Positions 1 through 8,661 of a stretch of 32,000 bases of DNA are shown here, piece after piece; positions within the stretch are counted from its first letter, which is position 1; the number at the start of each line of letters is the position of its first letter. Position numbers and translations under genes: made by a program. The notes below the pieces were generated by a model that did not search any database, was not told the origin of the DNA, and saw nothing but the letters and a program-made list of their open reading frames with translations. The stretch covers positions 1,020,001 through 1,052,000 of the forward strand of contig NC_007969.1 in assembly GCF_000013905.1 (NCBI RefSeq), in the 5' to 3' direction. Source of the stretch: Psychrobacter cryohalolentis K5. GTDB lineage: Bacteria > Pseudomonadota > Gammaproteobacteria > Pseudomonadales > Moraxellaceae.

Positions 1-173
1 CTGAGCAATTGCTAAGCGAGACAACAGATATTGAAAAGCAGAATTTTTATCATGGCAAACTACAAGCAGCAAAATACTTTATCGATTGGGAGTTGCCGTT
101 AATCAATCGCGACATCGAACTGTTAAATAACGACAATGCGGTATGTACCAATATGCAAGCAGAATGGTTTTAA
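1..173 (+). CDS. Acyl-CoA dehydrogenase, C-terminal fragment (gene starts upstream of the window)
   Basis: The frame is open from the window edge to TAA at 171-173. It translates ...FYHGKLQAAKYFIDWELPLINRDIELLNNDNAVCTNMQAEWF*, which resembles the C-terminal tail of long (about 600 aa) acyl-CoA dehydrogenases. Recognised from memory only. Confidence 0.5.
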   Translation, partial: EQLLSETTDIEKQNFYHGKLQAAKYFIDWELPLINRDIELLNNDNAVCTNMQAEWF

Positions 174-229
174 GAGATTTTGAATCAGTTTTGATATTAA
201 TAATAAATACAACTTTAAAGGAATAAATA

Positions 230-1237
230 ATGACAACAATGAATAAGCAGTGGCGCTTAAAAGAAAGACCTATTGGCGCGCCGAGTGCAGAGACGTGGGA
301 TTATACTGAGTCAGAACTACCGACTATCACAGACGGTCAGTTACTGATAAAAATTGAATATATCTCGATGGATCCAGCGATGCGTGGCTGGTTAAACGAT
401 GCTAAATCTTATATCGCACCGGTACAGATTGGTGAAGTCATGCGCGCTGGTACTGTGGGCGAAGTCATTGAAAGTAAGCATGAGAAATTTGCCGTTGGCG
501 ATTATGTTGTAGGTCATAACGGCGTGCAATCGTATGCGGTCAGCGATGGCACAGGGCTACATAAAGTCGATCCAAACCTTGCACCTTTATCTTATTACTT
601 AGGTGTACTCGGTATGCCGGGTATGACCGGTTACTTTGGCTTATTGAAAACAGGCAAGCCAAAAGCTGGCGAGACGGTGGTCGTCTCTGGGGCTGCGGGT
701 GCGGTTGGTAGCTTAGTTGGGCAAATTGCCAAACTAAAAGGCTGCCGTGTCGTTGGTATCGCAGGCGGTGCTGAGAAATGTAAATTCTTAGTCGATGAGT
801 TGGGTTTTGATGCTGCAGTAGATTATAAAAATGAGGATGTCAAAAAAGGCTTAAAGCAAGCTTGTCCAAACGGTGTCGATGTCTTCTTTGACAACGTAGG
901 CGGCGATATCTTAAATGACGTCCTTACCCAAATTAATCTGCGCGCGCGTATCGTGATTTGCGGTGCGATTAGCCAATATAACAACACCACAGCGGTAAAA
1001 GGGCCGTCAAACTATCTGTCATTATTGGTCAATCGTGCCCGTATGGAAGGCATCGTGGTCTTTGATAATATCAAAGAATATCCAATCGCGATGAAAGAGA
1101 TTGCTGGCTGGATTCAGTCAGGTGATATGAAAGTAAAAGATCATATCGTTGAAGGTATCGAGACGTTCCCTGATACTTTGATGATGCTCTTTAAAGGTGA
1201 AAACTTCGGCAAACTGGTACTTAAGGTAGAGGGATAA
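230..1237 (+). CDS. NADP-dependent oxidoreductase, medium-chain dehydrogenase/reductase superfamily (YncB/CurA or alkenal/one reductase-like)
   Basis: 335-aa ORF with an AAGGA Shine-Dalgarno 7 nt upstream. It has the nucleotide-binding motif VSGAAGAVGSLVGQIAK and ends KGENFGKLVLKV, typical of the zinc-independent MDR enone reductase group. Confidence 0.85.
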   Translation: MTTMNKQWRLKERPIGAPSAETWDYTESELPTITDGQLLIKIEYISMDPAMRGWLNDAKSYIAPVQIGEVMRAGTVGEVIESKHEKFAVGDYVVGHNGVQSYAVSDGTGLHKVDPNLAPLSYYLGVLGMPGMTGYFGLLKTGKPKAGETVVVSGAAGAVGSLVGQIAKLKGCRVVGIAGGAEKCKFLVDELGFDAAVDYKNEDVKKGLKQACPNGVDVFFDNVGGDILNDVLTQINLRARIVICGAISQYNNTTAVKGPSNYLSLLVNRARMEGIVVFDNIKEYPIAMKEIAGWIQSGDMKVKDHIVEGIETFPDTLMMLFKGENFGKLVLKVEG

Positions 1238-1240
1238 ATC

Positions 1241-2035
1241 ATGACACTGAATACAAATGGAATTGCATCAGACGTAGCCAGTAACGTTTCTGGTAAACGT
1301 ATTTTAATCACGGGCGGTGCGTCTGGCATCGGTGCGGCAAGTGCGTTATTGTTAGCCAGTCGCGGCGCAAAAGTCGTGATCGGTGATATGGCAGAAGAGA
1401 TGGGCGCAGCCGTTGCCAAGCAAGGTCAAGATGCGGGCAATAGTATCGTCTTTAAAAAGGTCGATGTGACGATTGGCGACGAAGTACGTGCATTATTTGC
1501 CTTTGCCATAGAAACGCTGGGTGGTCTTGATGTCGTGGTAAATAATGCGGGCATCGACCATCAGCCTGCACCGATGCATGAGCTAAGTGATGATGATTTT
1601 GACCGTAATATTGCCGTTAATCTAAAAGGTGTCTGGCATTGCATGCGTGCGGCTGTTACTTGTATGGCAGCCAATGGTGGCGGTCACGTGATTAATGTCG
1701 CCTCTATCGCAGGGCTGCGTTCTGCGCCGTTATTGTCAGCGTATAGCGCCGCTAAACATGGCGTGATGGGACTGACGAAGTCTGCTGCTCATGAATATGC
1801 GCGCGTCAATATCCGCTTTAATGCCGTTTGTCCAAGCTTTATTGATACCCCTATGGTGCAAAATACCATGGCGAAGATGGGCGAGCGAGCGCAAAAAGCA
1901 ACAATTAATGCCAGCCCGCTACGCCGTTTAGGGACAGTTGATGAAGTATCCGGCGCGATTGCATGGCTGGCGAGCGATGAAAGCAGCTTTATGAATGGTC
2001 ATGCCTTTACCCTTGATGGTGGCATGTTGGCTTAG
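1241..2035 (+). CDS. SDR-family oxidoreductase (classical short-chain dehydrogenase)
   Basis: Contains TGGASGIG (TGxxxGxG), NNAG and the catalytic YSAAK motif. It starts 4 nt after the previous stop, so it is probably co-transcribed. Confidence 0.85.
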   Translation: MTLNTNGIASDVASNVSGKRILITGGASGIGAASALLLASRGAKVVIGDMAEEMGAAVAKQGQDAGNSIVFKKVDVTIGDEVRALFAFAIETLGGLDVVVNNAGIDHQPAPMHELSDDDFDRNIAVNLKGVWHCMRAAVTCMAANGGGHVINVASIAGLRSAPLLSAYSAAKHGVMGLTKSAAHEYARVNIRFNAVCPSFIDTPMVQNTMAKMGERAQKATINASPLRRLGTVDEVSGAIAWLASDESSFMNGHAFTLDGGMLA

Positions 2036-2091
2036 CTGACTTAATGCAATTCCTTAAAACGATTGGTATGAAATTTCTAAGCTAAGTATCT

Positions 2092-2165
2092 CAGAGCTGG
2101 TAAAAATTTTCTTGCTTGCTGTGTGCGTTGCACTCCAGAGGCTGCAAAAATTTCTTCCAGCTCTG
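2092..2165 (+). repeat. Intergenic hairpin repeat element, copy A (REP-like or structured-RNA-like)
   Basis: A 9-bp GC-rich outer stem pairs CAGAGCTGG (2092-2100) with CCAGCTCTG (2157-2165), followed by an AT-rich inner helix. The core TTTTCTTGCTTGCTGTG (2107-2123) and CAGAGGCTGC (2136-2145) are identical to copy B at 27770-27841. Confidence 0.6.
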
Positions 2166-2216
2166 CTACACATTTAAAATGTATAAATAATATATTTAAA
2201 GATATAAGGAATAATA

Positions 2217-2978
2217 ATGAAAGATTTATTTGATTTAACGGGTAAGATTGCTTTGGTCACAGGTGCTAGTCGTGGTATTGGCGAATCTATTGCACGCTTA
2301 TTAGCTTCTAGAGGCGCGCACGTCATTGTCTCTAGCCGCAAGATTGATGCTTGCCAAGCAGTGGCAGATAGCATCGTCGCTGATGGACATAAAGCCAGTG
2401 CTTTTGCCTGTCACGTGGGTGAGATGGATCAGATTGATGCTATTTTTGAGCATATCAAAAGCGAATTTGGTCAAATTGATATCTTGGTCAATAATGCCGC
2501 TGCCAACCCTTACTACGGGCATATCTTAGATACCGATTTAGCCGCTTTTGATAAAACTGTCGAAGTCAATATTCGTGGTTATTTCTTTATGTCGACAGCT
2601 GCTGGTAAGATGATGCGCGAGCAGGGCGGCGGGGTTATCTTAAATACCGCTTCGGTCAATGGCTTAGTCGCAGGTGACAAGCAAGGCATCTATTCAATCA
2701 CTAAAGCTGCTGTGATTAGCATGACTAAAGCGTTTGCAAAAGAGTGTGGCCCATTGAACATTCGTGTCAACGCGTTGTTGCCTGGTTTAACCGATACTAA
2801 GTTTGCCTCAGCGTTAACGACTAATGATAAAGTCTTAAAAATGGCGCTACATGCAATTCCATTAGGACGCGTAGCAGATCCAGATGAGATGGCTGGCACG
2901 GTATTATATCTAGTGTCTGATGCGTCAAGTTATACGACGGGCGCAACGATTGTTGTCGATGGCGGGATGTTGGCTTAG
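2217..2978 (+). CDS. SDR-family oxidoreductase
   Basis: Contains TGASRGIG, NNAA and the catalytic YSITK motif. There is an AAGGA Shine-Dalgarno upstream and a strong terminator downstream. Confidence 0.85.
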   Translation: MKDLFDLTGKIALVTGASRGIGESIARLLASRGAHVIVSSRKIDACQAVADSIVADGHKASAFACHVGEMDQIDAIFEHIKSEFGQIDILVNNAAANPYYGHILDTDLAAFDKTVEVNIRGYFFMSTAAGKMMREQGGGVILNTASVNGLVAGDKQGIYSITKAAVISMTKAFAKECGPLNIRVNALLPGLTDTKFASALTTNDKVLKMALHAIPLGRVADPDEMAGTVLYLVSDASSYTTGATIVVDGGMLA

Positions 2979-3013
2979 TTAGACGTTCGCCCTCTAAAAG
3001 TAGAGCCATTTCT

Positions 3014-3048
3014 AAAACCGTATGCTGATAAATGGCATACGGTTTTTT
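3014..3048 (+). terminator. Rho-independent terminator after the second SDR gene
   Basis: AAAACCGTATGC pairs with GCATACGGTTTT (perfect stem, 9-nt loop), running into a T6 tract. Confidence 0.7.
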
Positions 3049-3070
3049 ATTTGGTTATAGTAAGTACTAA

Positions 3071-3130
3071 TATTTTAAGTAACAGTGTTTGAAATAATAA
3101 TGTTTGAAGTAATAGTATTTAAGGAAGGAA
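3071..3130 (+). repeat. Four degenerate tandem 15-mers abutting the citE-like start codon
   Basis: The units are TATTTTAAGTAACAG, TGTTTGAAATAATAA, TGTTTGAAGTAATAG and TATTTAAGGAAGGAA, at 3071, 3086, 3101 and 3116. The last unit contains the Shine-Dalgarno sequence. Confidence 0.35.
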
Positions 3131-3136
3131 TAAAGC

Positions 3137-3967
3137 ATGCAAGCATCTATTGTTAAAAAATTTTCCAATATCAAAACATGGTTATTTGTTCCAGCCACTC
3201 GCATAGATAGAGTGGGAAAAGCCTTTGCCAGTGGGACAGATGCAGTGATTGTGGATTTAGAAGATGCGGTTGCTACAACGGACAAAGTGCAAGCTCGCAA
3301 AGATTTACAAGTTTATTATAATAGTCAGGCTTATCAGCCGATTTGGGTACGCATCAATAAAGCAGGTAGTGAGGAGTTTTTCAAAGACGTAGTGCTCTGT
3401 CAGAAAATGCCTAATTTGGCTGGCGTGTTACTAGCCAAAGCTGAGCAAGCATCAGATATTGAAAACGCTCATAACATGACTGGACTGCCCGTCATTGCGT
3501 TAATAGAGACAGCGCTTGGTTTATATCAAATCGATAGTATGGCAAAATCTGCTGGACTGCTTGCATTTAGCTATGGGTTTTTAGATTTATGCAATGATTT
3601 ACAGGTGCACGTAGGTACAGCGGCAGCAGATGTTATTGCTAATCAAATTCGTTATCAGCTTTTACTCACATCAAAAGTACATCAATTATTAGCGCCTATT
3701 GATACAGTTTATACTGATTTTAATGATGGTAAGGGGCTTGGGCAGCGAGTGCAATTATGGTCACAAATGGGCATGTCCGGAATGCTTTGTATCCATCCAA
3801 AGCAAGTAGCAACTGTTAAGCAATCTCTGCAACCGACTGACGCCGATATTGAGTTTGCAAGACGTGTGATAGAAGAATACGAGCGGAGCGGGCAAGCGGT
3901 ATTTAAAATAGCAGGTCAAATGGTCGACGCGCCCGTAATTGAGCGCTGCCGTCAGTTGCTGAGTTGA
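3137..3967 (+). CDS. HpcH/HpaI aldolase / citrate lyase beta-subunit-like (CitE-like acyl-CoA lyase)
   Basis: The N-terminus WLFVPATRIDRVGKAFASGTDAVIVDLEDAV is the typical CitE/malyl-CoA lyase signature. The protein is 276 aa. No citD or citF partner genes are in the window. Confidence 0.75.
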   Translation: MQASIVKKFSNIKTWLFVPATRIDRVGKAFASGTDAVIVDLEDAVATTDKVQARKDLQVYYNSQAYQPIWVRINKAGSEEFFKDVVLCQKMPNLAGVLLAKAEQASDIENAHNMTGLPVIALIETALGLYQIDSMAKSAGLLAFSYGFLDLCNDLQVHVGTAAADVIANQIRYQLLLTSKVHQLLAPIDTVYTDFNDGKGLGQRVQLWSQMGMSGMLCIHPKQVATVKQSLQPTDADIEFARRVIEEYERSGQAVFKIAGQMVDAPVIERCRQLLS

Positions 3968-4000
3968 TAAAAGATTTTTAATAAAATGTGCCCTAATAGA

Positions 4001-6562
4001 CTAAAACAGCAAAAAAGGCGCGGTACGACTGGCTTTTGACTTCGCAACCTCTGCTGGTGTGCCTTCTGCCACAATAAGACCGCCCTCATCGCCAGCGCCC
4101 GGCCCAATATCGATAATCCAATCACTGTTACTAGCGACTTGCATGTCATGCTCAACCATAATCACAGTGTTACCAGCGTCAACGAGTCCGTTCAATTGCG
4201 CCATCAATAGCGACACATCCGAAGGGTGCAGGCCAGTTGTTGGTTCATCAAGGATATAAAGCGTGTCTCCTCGTTGTGTCCGTTGCAGTTCGGTGGCAAG
4301 CTTAATGCGCTGTGCTTCACCGCCCGAAAGCTCGGTTGCTGGCTGACCAAGCCTGAGATAACCCAGTCCGACTTTTAGCAACGCGTCTAATGCTCGTAGG
4401 ATAGATGATTCTTCTACAAAGAATTCATAAGCAGATTCGACAGTGAGATCGAGGATTTCAGCGATATTTTTGCCTCGATAAGTGATCTCAAGGGTTTCAT
4501 CATTGTAGCGTTGCCCATGACACACTTGGCACGGCGAGTAAACGCTCGGCAGAAATAGCAGCTCAACACTCACAAAACCAACACCTTCACAATTTGGGCA
4601 GCGGCCTTTCTTAACGTTAAAGGAGAAGCGACCGGCATCGTAACGTCGTGCCTTGGCTTCTGGCGTTGCGGCAAATAATTTGCGCACATGATCGAACAGG
4701 CCGGTATAAGTAGCAAGGTTTGAGCGCGGCGTACGACCGATGGCTTTTTGATCGACGGTCACCAATCGACTTACGTGCTCCATACCATTAGCAATCTTAC
4801 CGCTGGTCTGAGTTTCTAGCTCTTGCTCTAGTAAATCAGCTTCGCCAGTCGGTGCTTCGATGATTGTCTTCTGCCCTAATTCGCTATAAATGAGATCGAC
4901 CAGCGCTTGACTGACTAGACTTGATTTGCCTGAACCTGATACGCCCGTCACCGTTGTCATCACCCCTAGAGGAAACGCTACATCTAGCCCTTGTAAGTTG
5001 TTGCGTTCGATATTGACCAGCTGTAGCGAGGCTTTTGCTTTTCTTGGGGTATGCTCAACCGCCCCTTCAGTCTCAAAAAGATACTGTCCCGTGCGTGATT
5101 GCGCAACGTCCCGCAAGCCTGCTACAGGGCCACTGTAAATAACTTCGCCGCCATGGGTTCCAGCCTTTGGCCCCACATCGACAATCCAATCGGCGTGCCG
5201 AATCACGCTGACATCATGCTCAACAATAAATAACGAGTTACCAGCCGCTGTCAGCTCATCCAATGCGCCCAATAGCGCTTGAGTATCGGCAGGATGTAAT
5301 CCAGCAGACGGCTCATCAAGCACATAGACCACACCAAACAGTTTAGAGCGAATTTGGGTAGCGAGTCTTAGGCGTTGTAATTCACCCGGAGACAAAGTAG
5401 GTGTAGTGCGTTCAAGCGAAAGATACCCTAAGCCTAGTGTGGTCAACGCCTCAACTCGAGACAGAATGTCACTGGCAATACGTTGAGCAACAATGGCCTT
5501 TTCTCGGTTTGGCATGTTGTCATTTGGTTTGGTCTTGGCAGCATCCTGAAGTTTAAGCGCCATTTCAGTCAAGGTTAATTGCGATAATTCACCAATATCA
5601 AGACCCGCGAATTTCACCGATAGCGATTCTTTTTTGAGTTTTTTGCCATGGCATTCTGGACATTCAGAAATTTGCATAAACTGGGAAACGCGCTTTTTGG
5701 TACGCGGGCTTTGCGTACTGGCAAAAGAATGCAAGACGAAATTCTTAGCACTGGTAAACGTCCCTTTATAATTGGGTTTTTCACCTTTTTTAATAGCGTC
5801 ACGTACTTGTTCAATGTTGTATTCTGGATAGACAGGGACTTCTGGGGTGTCGTCGGTAAAGAGAATCCAATCGCGGGTTTTTTGGGGCAGGGTATTCCAC
5901 GGCTTATCGATATCGTAGCCAAGTGAGGTCAGGATACGGCTTAGGTTTTGCCCTTGCCATGCAGGCGGCCAAGCGGCAATGGCGCGTTCGCGAATGGTTT
6001 TGGTATTGTCAGGAACTAGCAATTCTTCTGTTACCTCAAACACGCGGCCAATACCGGAGCAAGTAGGGCAAGCGCCATCTGGCGTATTTGGAGAGAACGC
6101 GTCAGCGTAGAGTATGTCTTGACCAGCAGGGTATTCGCCCGCTCGCGAGTAGAGCATGCGTAAGCCATTCGAAATCGTCGTGACACTACCAACCGATGAG
6201 CGCACAGACGGCGTGCCTCGTTGTTGTTGCAGGGCAACGGCGGGCGGCAAGCCTTCTATCGAATCGACATCAGGCTGATCCACTTGATCGATCAAGCGTC
6301 TGGCATAAGGCGATACTGAGTCAAGATAGCGATGTTGTGACTCAGCAAAAAGAGTACCGAATGCCAGTGAAGATTTGCCTGACCCTGATATACCCGTGAA
6401 TACCACAAGGGCATTACGCGGCAAATCAACATCGACGTTTTTTAGATTATGAACCCTTGCGCCTCTGACTTGGATACTATGAGCAGGGTCGCAAGCGATA
6501 TCTTTAGTGGCATTGTCATCGACTTTTGCAGTGGGTTTTACTTTTTTATTTTTAGTGGTCAT
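4001..6562 (-). CDS. UvrA paralogue (class II UvrA-like ABC ATPase lacking the UvrB-binding domain)
   Basis: Two Walker A motifs (GISGSGKSS, GVSGSGKSS), two ABC signatures (LSPGELQR, LSGGEAQR), and zinc modules CPTC, CPEC, CPNC and CQVC. The start is set at ATG 6562 (MTTKNKK), downstream of the ORF-track start. RMLYSRAG is followed within about 30 aa by GACPTCSGIG, where E. coli UvrA carries a domain of about 140 aa. Confidence 0.85.
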   Translation of the reverse strand: MTTKNKKVKPTAKVDDNATKDIACDPAHSIQVRGARVHNLKNVDVDLPRNALVVFTGISGSGKSSLAFGTLFAESQHRYLDSVSPYARRLIDQVDQPDVDSIEGLPPAVALQQQRGTPSVRSSVGSVTTISNGLRMLYSRAGEYPAGQDILYADAFSPNTPDGACPTCSGIGRVFEVTEELLVPDNTKTIRERAIAAWPPAWQGQNLSRILTSLGYDIDKPWNTLPQKTRDWILFTDDTPEVPVYPEYNIEQVRDAIKKGEKPNYKGTFTSAKNFVLHSFASTQSPRTKKRVSQFMQISECPECHGKKLKKESLSVKFAGLDIGELSQLTLTEMALKLQDAAKTKPNDNMPNREKAIVAQRIASDILSRVEALTTLGLGYLSLERTTPTLSPGELQRLRLATQIRSKLFGVVYVLDEPSAGLHPADTQALLGALDELTAAGNSLFIVEHDVSVIRHADWIVDVGPKAGTHGGEVIYSGPVAGLRDVAQSRTGQYLFETEGAVEHTPRKAKASLQLVNIERNNLQGLDVAFPLGVMTTVTGVSGSGKSSLVSQALVDLIYSELGQKTIIEAPTGEADLLEQELETQTSGKIANGMEHVSRLVTVDQKAIGRTPRSNLATYTGLFDHVRKLFAATPEAKARRYDAGRFSFNVKKGRCPNCEGVGFVSVELLFLPSVYSPCQVCHGQRYNDETLEITYRGKNIAEILDLTVESAYEFFVEESSILRALDALLKVGLGYLRLGQPATELSGGEAQRIKLATELQRTQRGDTLYILDEPTTGLHPSDVSLLMAQLNGLVDAGNTVIMVEHDMQVASNSDWIIDIGPGAGDEGGLIVAEGTPAEVAKSKASRTAPFLLF

Positions 6563-6941
6563 AAAACAGTTATTCCTATCAAATCGTATTTTTAGCTTTA
6601 TTTTGAAAAAGACGGGTAAAGTTTTGGCCAAGAAACTGCTTGCTAAATAGTTAGCTAATTAAGCAATGTCTTGGCTTAAGCAGTATCTTGGCAATTTGAA
6701 ACCATCCTAGCATGTCGATATCGAATCCTTAGATAGGTTTACGCTTTACAGACAGATGACAGACATAGCAATGCCAAACAATAACATTTATGAGGTTTCA
6801 TCTCTGAATTGCAGCTTATAAGTCTTGAAAAACTGCTTTTAAGACATGCGGATTTTTGAAGTGGGTGAGCTGGCAAGTGGCGAGGTAGCTGATAATGGTT
6901 TATCATTAATCATAACTATCAATTATTTATAAAAGCATCCT

Positions 6942-7355
6942 ATGATTTTTATCAGCAATACCATTAGTCTAAATGACAGTGACGTAGAGATTAGCGCGAT
7001 ACGTGCGCAAGGCGCAGGCGGACAAAATGTCAATAAAGTATCTTCTGCGATTCATTTGCGTTTCGATATTCATGCCTCAAGCTTGAGTGATGTAAATAAG
7101 CAGCGACTACTTGATAGTAAAGACAGCCGAATTAGCAAAGAAGGCGTGCTCATTATTAAGGCGCAGCAATTTCGTACCCAAGAACGCAATAAAATTGATG
7201 CGTTTGAACGCTTACAAAGCTTTATCAACAAAGCTACTTACGTCAATAAAACACGCAGGCCGACCAAACCGAGCAGAAATGCTAAGCGTAAACGTGTCGA
7301 TCAAAAAACTCAGCGCGGTAAAACAAAAGTATTACGCGGTAAGGTGGATTTTTAG
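6942..7355 (+). CDS. arfB: Alternative ribosome-rescue factor ArfB (YaeJ), a peptidyl-tRNA hydrolase
   Basis: 137 aa with the GGQ motif in AIRAQGAGGQNVNKVSSAIHLRFDI and a basic C-terminal tail (RRPTKPSRNAKRKR...RGKV). It is collinear with E. coli ArfB as I recall it. Confidence 0.9.
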   Translation: MIFISNTISLNDSDVEISAIRAQGAGGQNVNKVSSAIHLRFDIHASSLSDVNKQRLLDSKDSRISKEGVLIIKAQQFRTQERNKIDAFERLQSFINKATYVNKTRRPTKPSRNAKRKRVDQKTQRGKTKVLRGKVDF

Positions 7356-7398
7356 ATAGACTGATTTGAAGGTGGATTTTCATAATTAACCAAAAAGC

Positions 7399-7434
7399 AA
7401 AATGCCAGCCCATCTAAGTGGCTGGCATTTTTTA
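7399..7434. terminator. Bidirectional rho-independent terminator between convergent arfB and the MFS gene
   Basis: A 12-bp perfect stem, AAAATGCCAGCC / GGCTGGCATTTT, with a 9-nt loop. The A-run and T-run are the outer base pairs of the stem (7399-7402 / 7428-7431), with the T-run continuing 2 nt beyond it, giving a U-tract on either strand. Confidence 0.7.
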
Positions 7435-7461
7435 TATACTTATTTGCTATCAGCTTTTCAG

Positions 7462-8661
7462 CTAGCCGAGCCTTCTGCTTAGCTCAGGAAAGCGCTTTAT
7501 CATAAATAGCATCAGTAGCAATGCCATAACCGCGATAGCCGCCCCTACATATCCCACGCTCGATAGTGAAATATGCGTCACTGCATAGCCTCCGAACAGT
7601 GCGCCCGTCCCAATGCCTAAATTGATAATCCCTGAAAACATCGACATCAGCATATCCTGTGCATTGACATCGACCATGATGACCTTGGCTTGCATGGAGA
7701 TGATAAGCAGCATGAGCGCCGCGCCCCAGAGTAGGGCAATCAAGCTGAGCGCCCATATTGAGGTCACCGCAAATAACAGCATGAGCATAGACAATAGTAT
7801 CAGTATCGTCGATATCAGCATTAATCTGGTATTGAATTTATCACCCCAACGACTGAAAATTACACTGCCCGCAATCCCTGCGACACCGAACAATAGCAGC
7901 ACAACCGTTGCGGCGTTTTCACTGATTGAGCCGACTTGACGCATAAAAGGCTCGATATACGAGTAAGCCGTATAGTGCGCGGTAAAGACCAGTAAAATTA
8001 GCAGATATAGGCAGACCAATAAGGGGTTTTTGAGTAATTCTGGAATCTTTCTAAAAGACCCTTCAAACATACTAGGCAGCGTGGGCAACAGTCTCATTTG
8101 CAGAATAAATACGATAAGGGCAAGCCCACCAATACCACCAAAAGTCGCGCGCCAGCCAAACCATTGACCGACCACGCGTCCTAAAGGCACACCCAACACC
8201 ATCGCCAATGACGTACCGGTCGCAAGCACGCTAAGCGCCAGTGCTTTTTTGCCTTCCGGTGCCACACGTATCGCAATCGCTGCGGTGATGGACCAAAATA
8301 TCGCATGCGTGAGCGCAATGCCAACTCGGCTGATGAGCAGCACTTCAAAGCTCCACGCAAATACTGACAACACATGGCTGGCAATAAACACCGCAAACAA
8401 GGCCAACAGCAAACGCTTGCGCTCAAAGCGACTGGTCAGCAGCATCAATGGCAATGACATGGCCGCGACAATCCACGCATACAGCGTCAACATCCAGCCC
8501 GTCTCTGCCGTGGTGATAGAGAAATCTTGGGCGATGTCGCTTAATAGGGCAACAGGGACGAATTCGGTGGTATTCATAATGAAGGCGCTGACGCCCATTA
8601 GGAATACTTGAAAATACTGAGTCCGGCGAGCATTTGCGCTCACCTCAATGTTAGGTTTCAT
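7462..8661 (-). CDS. sotB: MFS sugar efflux transporter, SotB (YdeA)-like
   Basis: Twelve-TM-type hydrophobic protein. The blocks FIMNTTEFVPVALLSDIAQDF, FIASHVLS, HAIFWSITA and TAHYTAYSYIEPF match E. coli SotB as recalled. I prefer the ATG at 8661 to the TTG at 8670. Confidence 0.75.
   Translation of the reverse strand: MKPNIEVSANARRTQYFQVFLMGVSAFIMNTTEFVPVALLSDIAQDFSITTAETGWMLTLYAWIVAAMSLPLMLLTSRFERKRLLLALFAVFIASHVLSVFAWSFEVLLISRVGIALTHAIFWSITAAIAIRVAPEGKKALALSVLATGTSLAMVLGVPLGRVVGQWFGWRATFGGIGGLALIVFILQMRLLPTLPSMFEGSFRKIPELLKNPLLVCLYLLILLVFTAHYTAYSYIEPFMRQVGSISENAATVVLLLFGVAGIAGSVIFSRWGDKFNTRLMLISTILILLSMLMLLFAVTSIWALSLIALLWGAALMLLIISMQAKVIMVDVNAQDMLMSMFSGIINLGIGTGALFGGYAVTHISLSSVGYVGAAIAVMALLLMLFMIKRFPELSRRLG

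Noticed and set aside
2085-2172. Interpreting the hairpin elements as MITEs with target-site duplications.
   Set aside because: I found no flanking direct repeats at either copy, and the terminal arms differ between copies. That is not what is expected for recently transposed MITEs with conserved terminal inverted repeats. I left the class open.
3067-3300. A minus-strand 77-aa ORF ending in YYYFKHYYFKHCYLKY.
   Set aside because: The repetitive peptide is simply the reverse translation of the tandem 15-mers at 3071-3130. The rest overlaps the well-supported CitE-like CDS.
4059-6399. Several 66-102-aa ORFs on both strands inside the UvrA-like gene, for example 4059-4259, 4926-5138, 5614-5922, 5648-5926, 6031-6237 and 6196-6399.
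   Set aside because: All lie within a long, well-supported CDS and lack Shine-Dalgarno sequences or recognisable motifs. The same reasoning applies to the small ORFs nested in the SDR, MFS, betB, betA, betT, ureC and atoE genes.
6632-6941. An SOS (LexA) box upstream of the UvrA paralogue.
   Set aside because: There is no CTGT-N8-ACAG. The spacer contains no CTGT at all, only tandem GACAGA repeats of unclear meaning.
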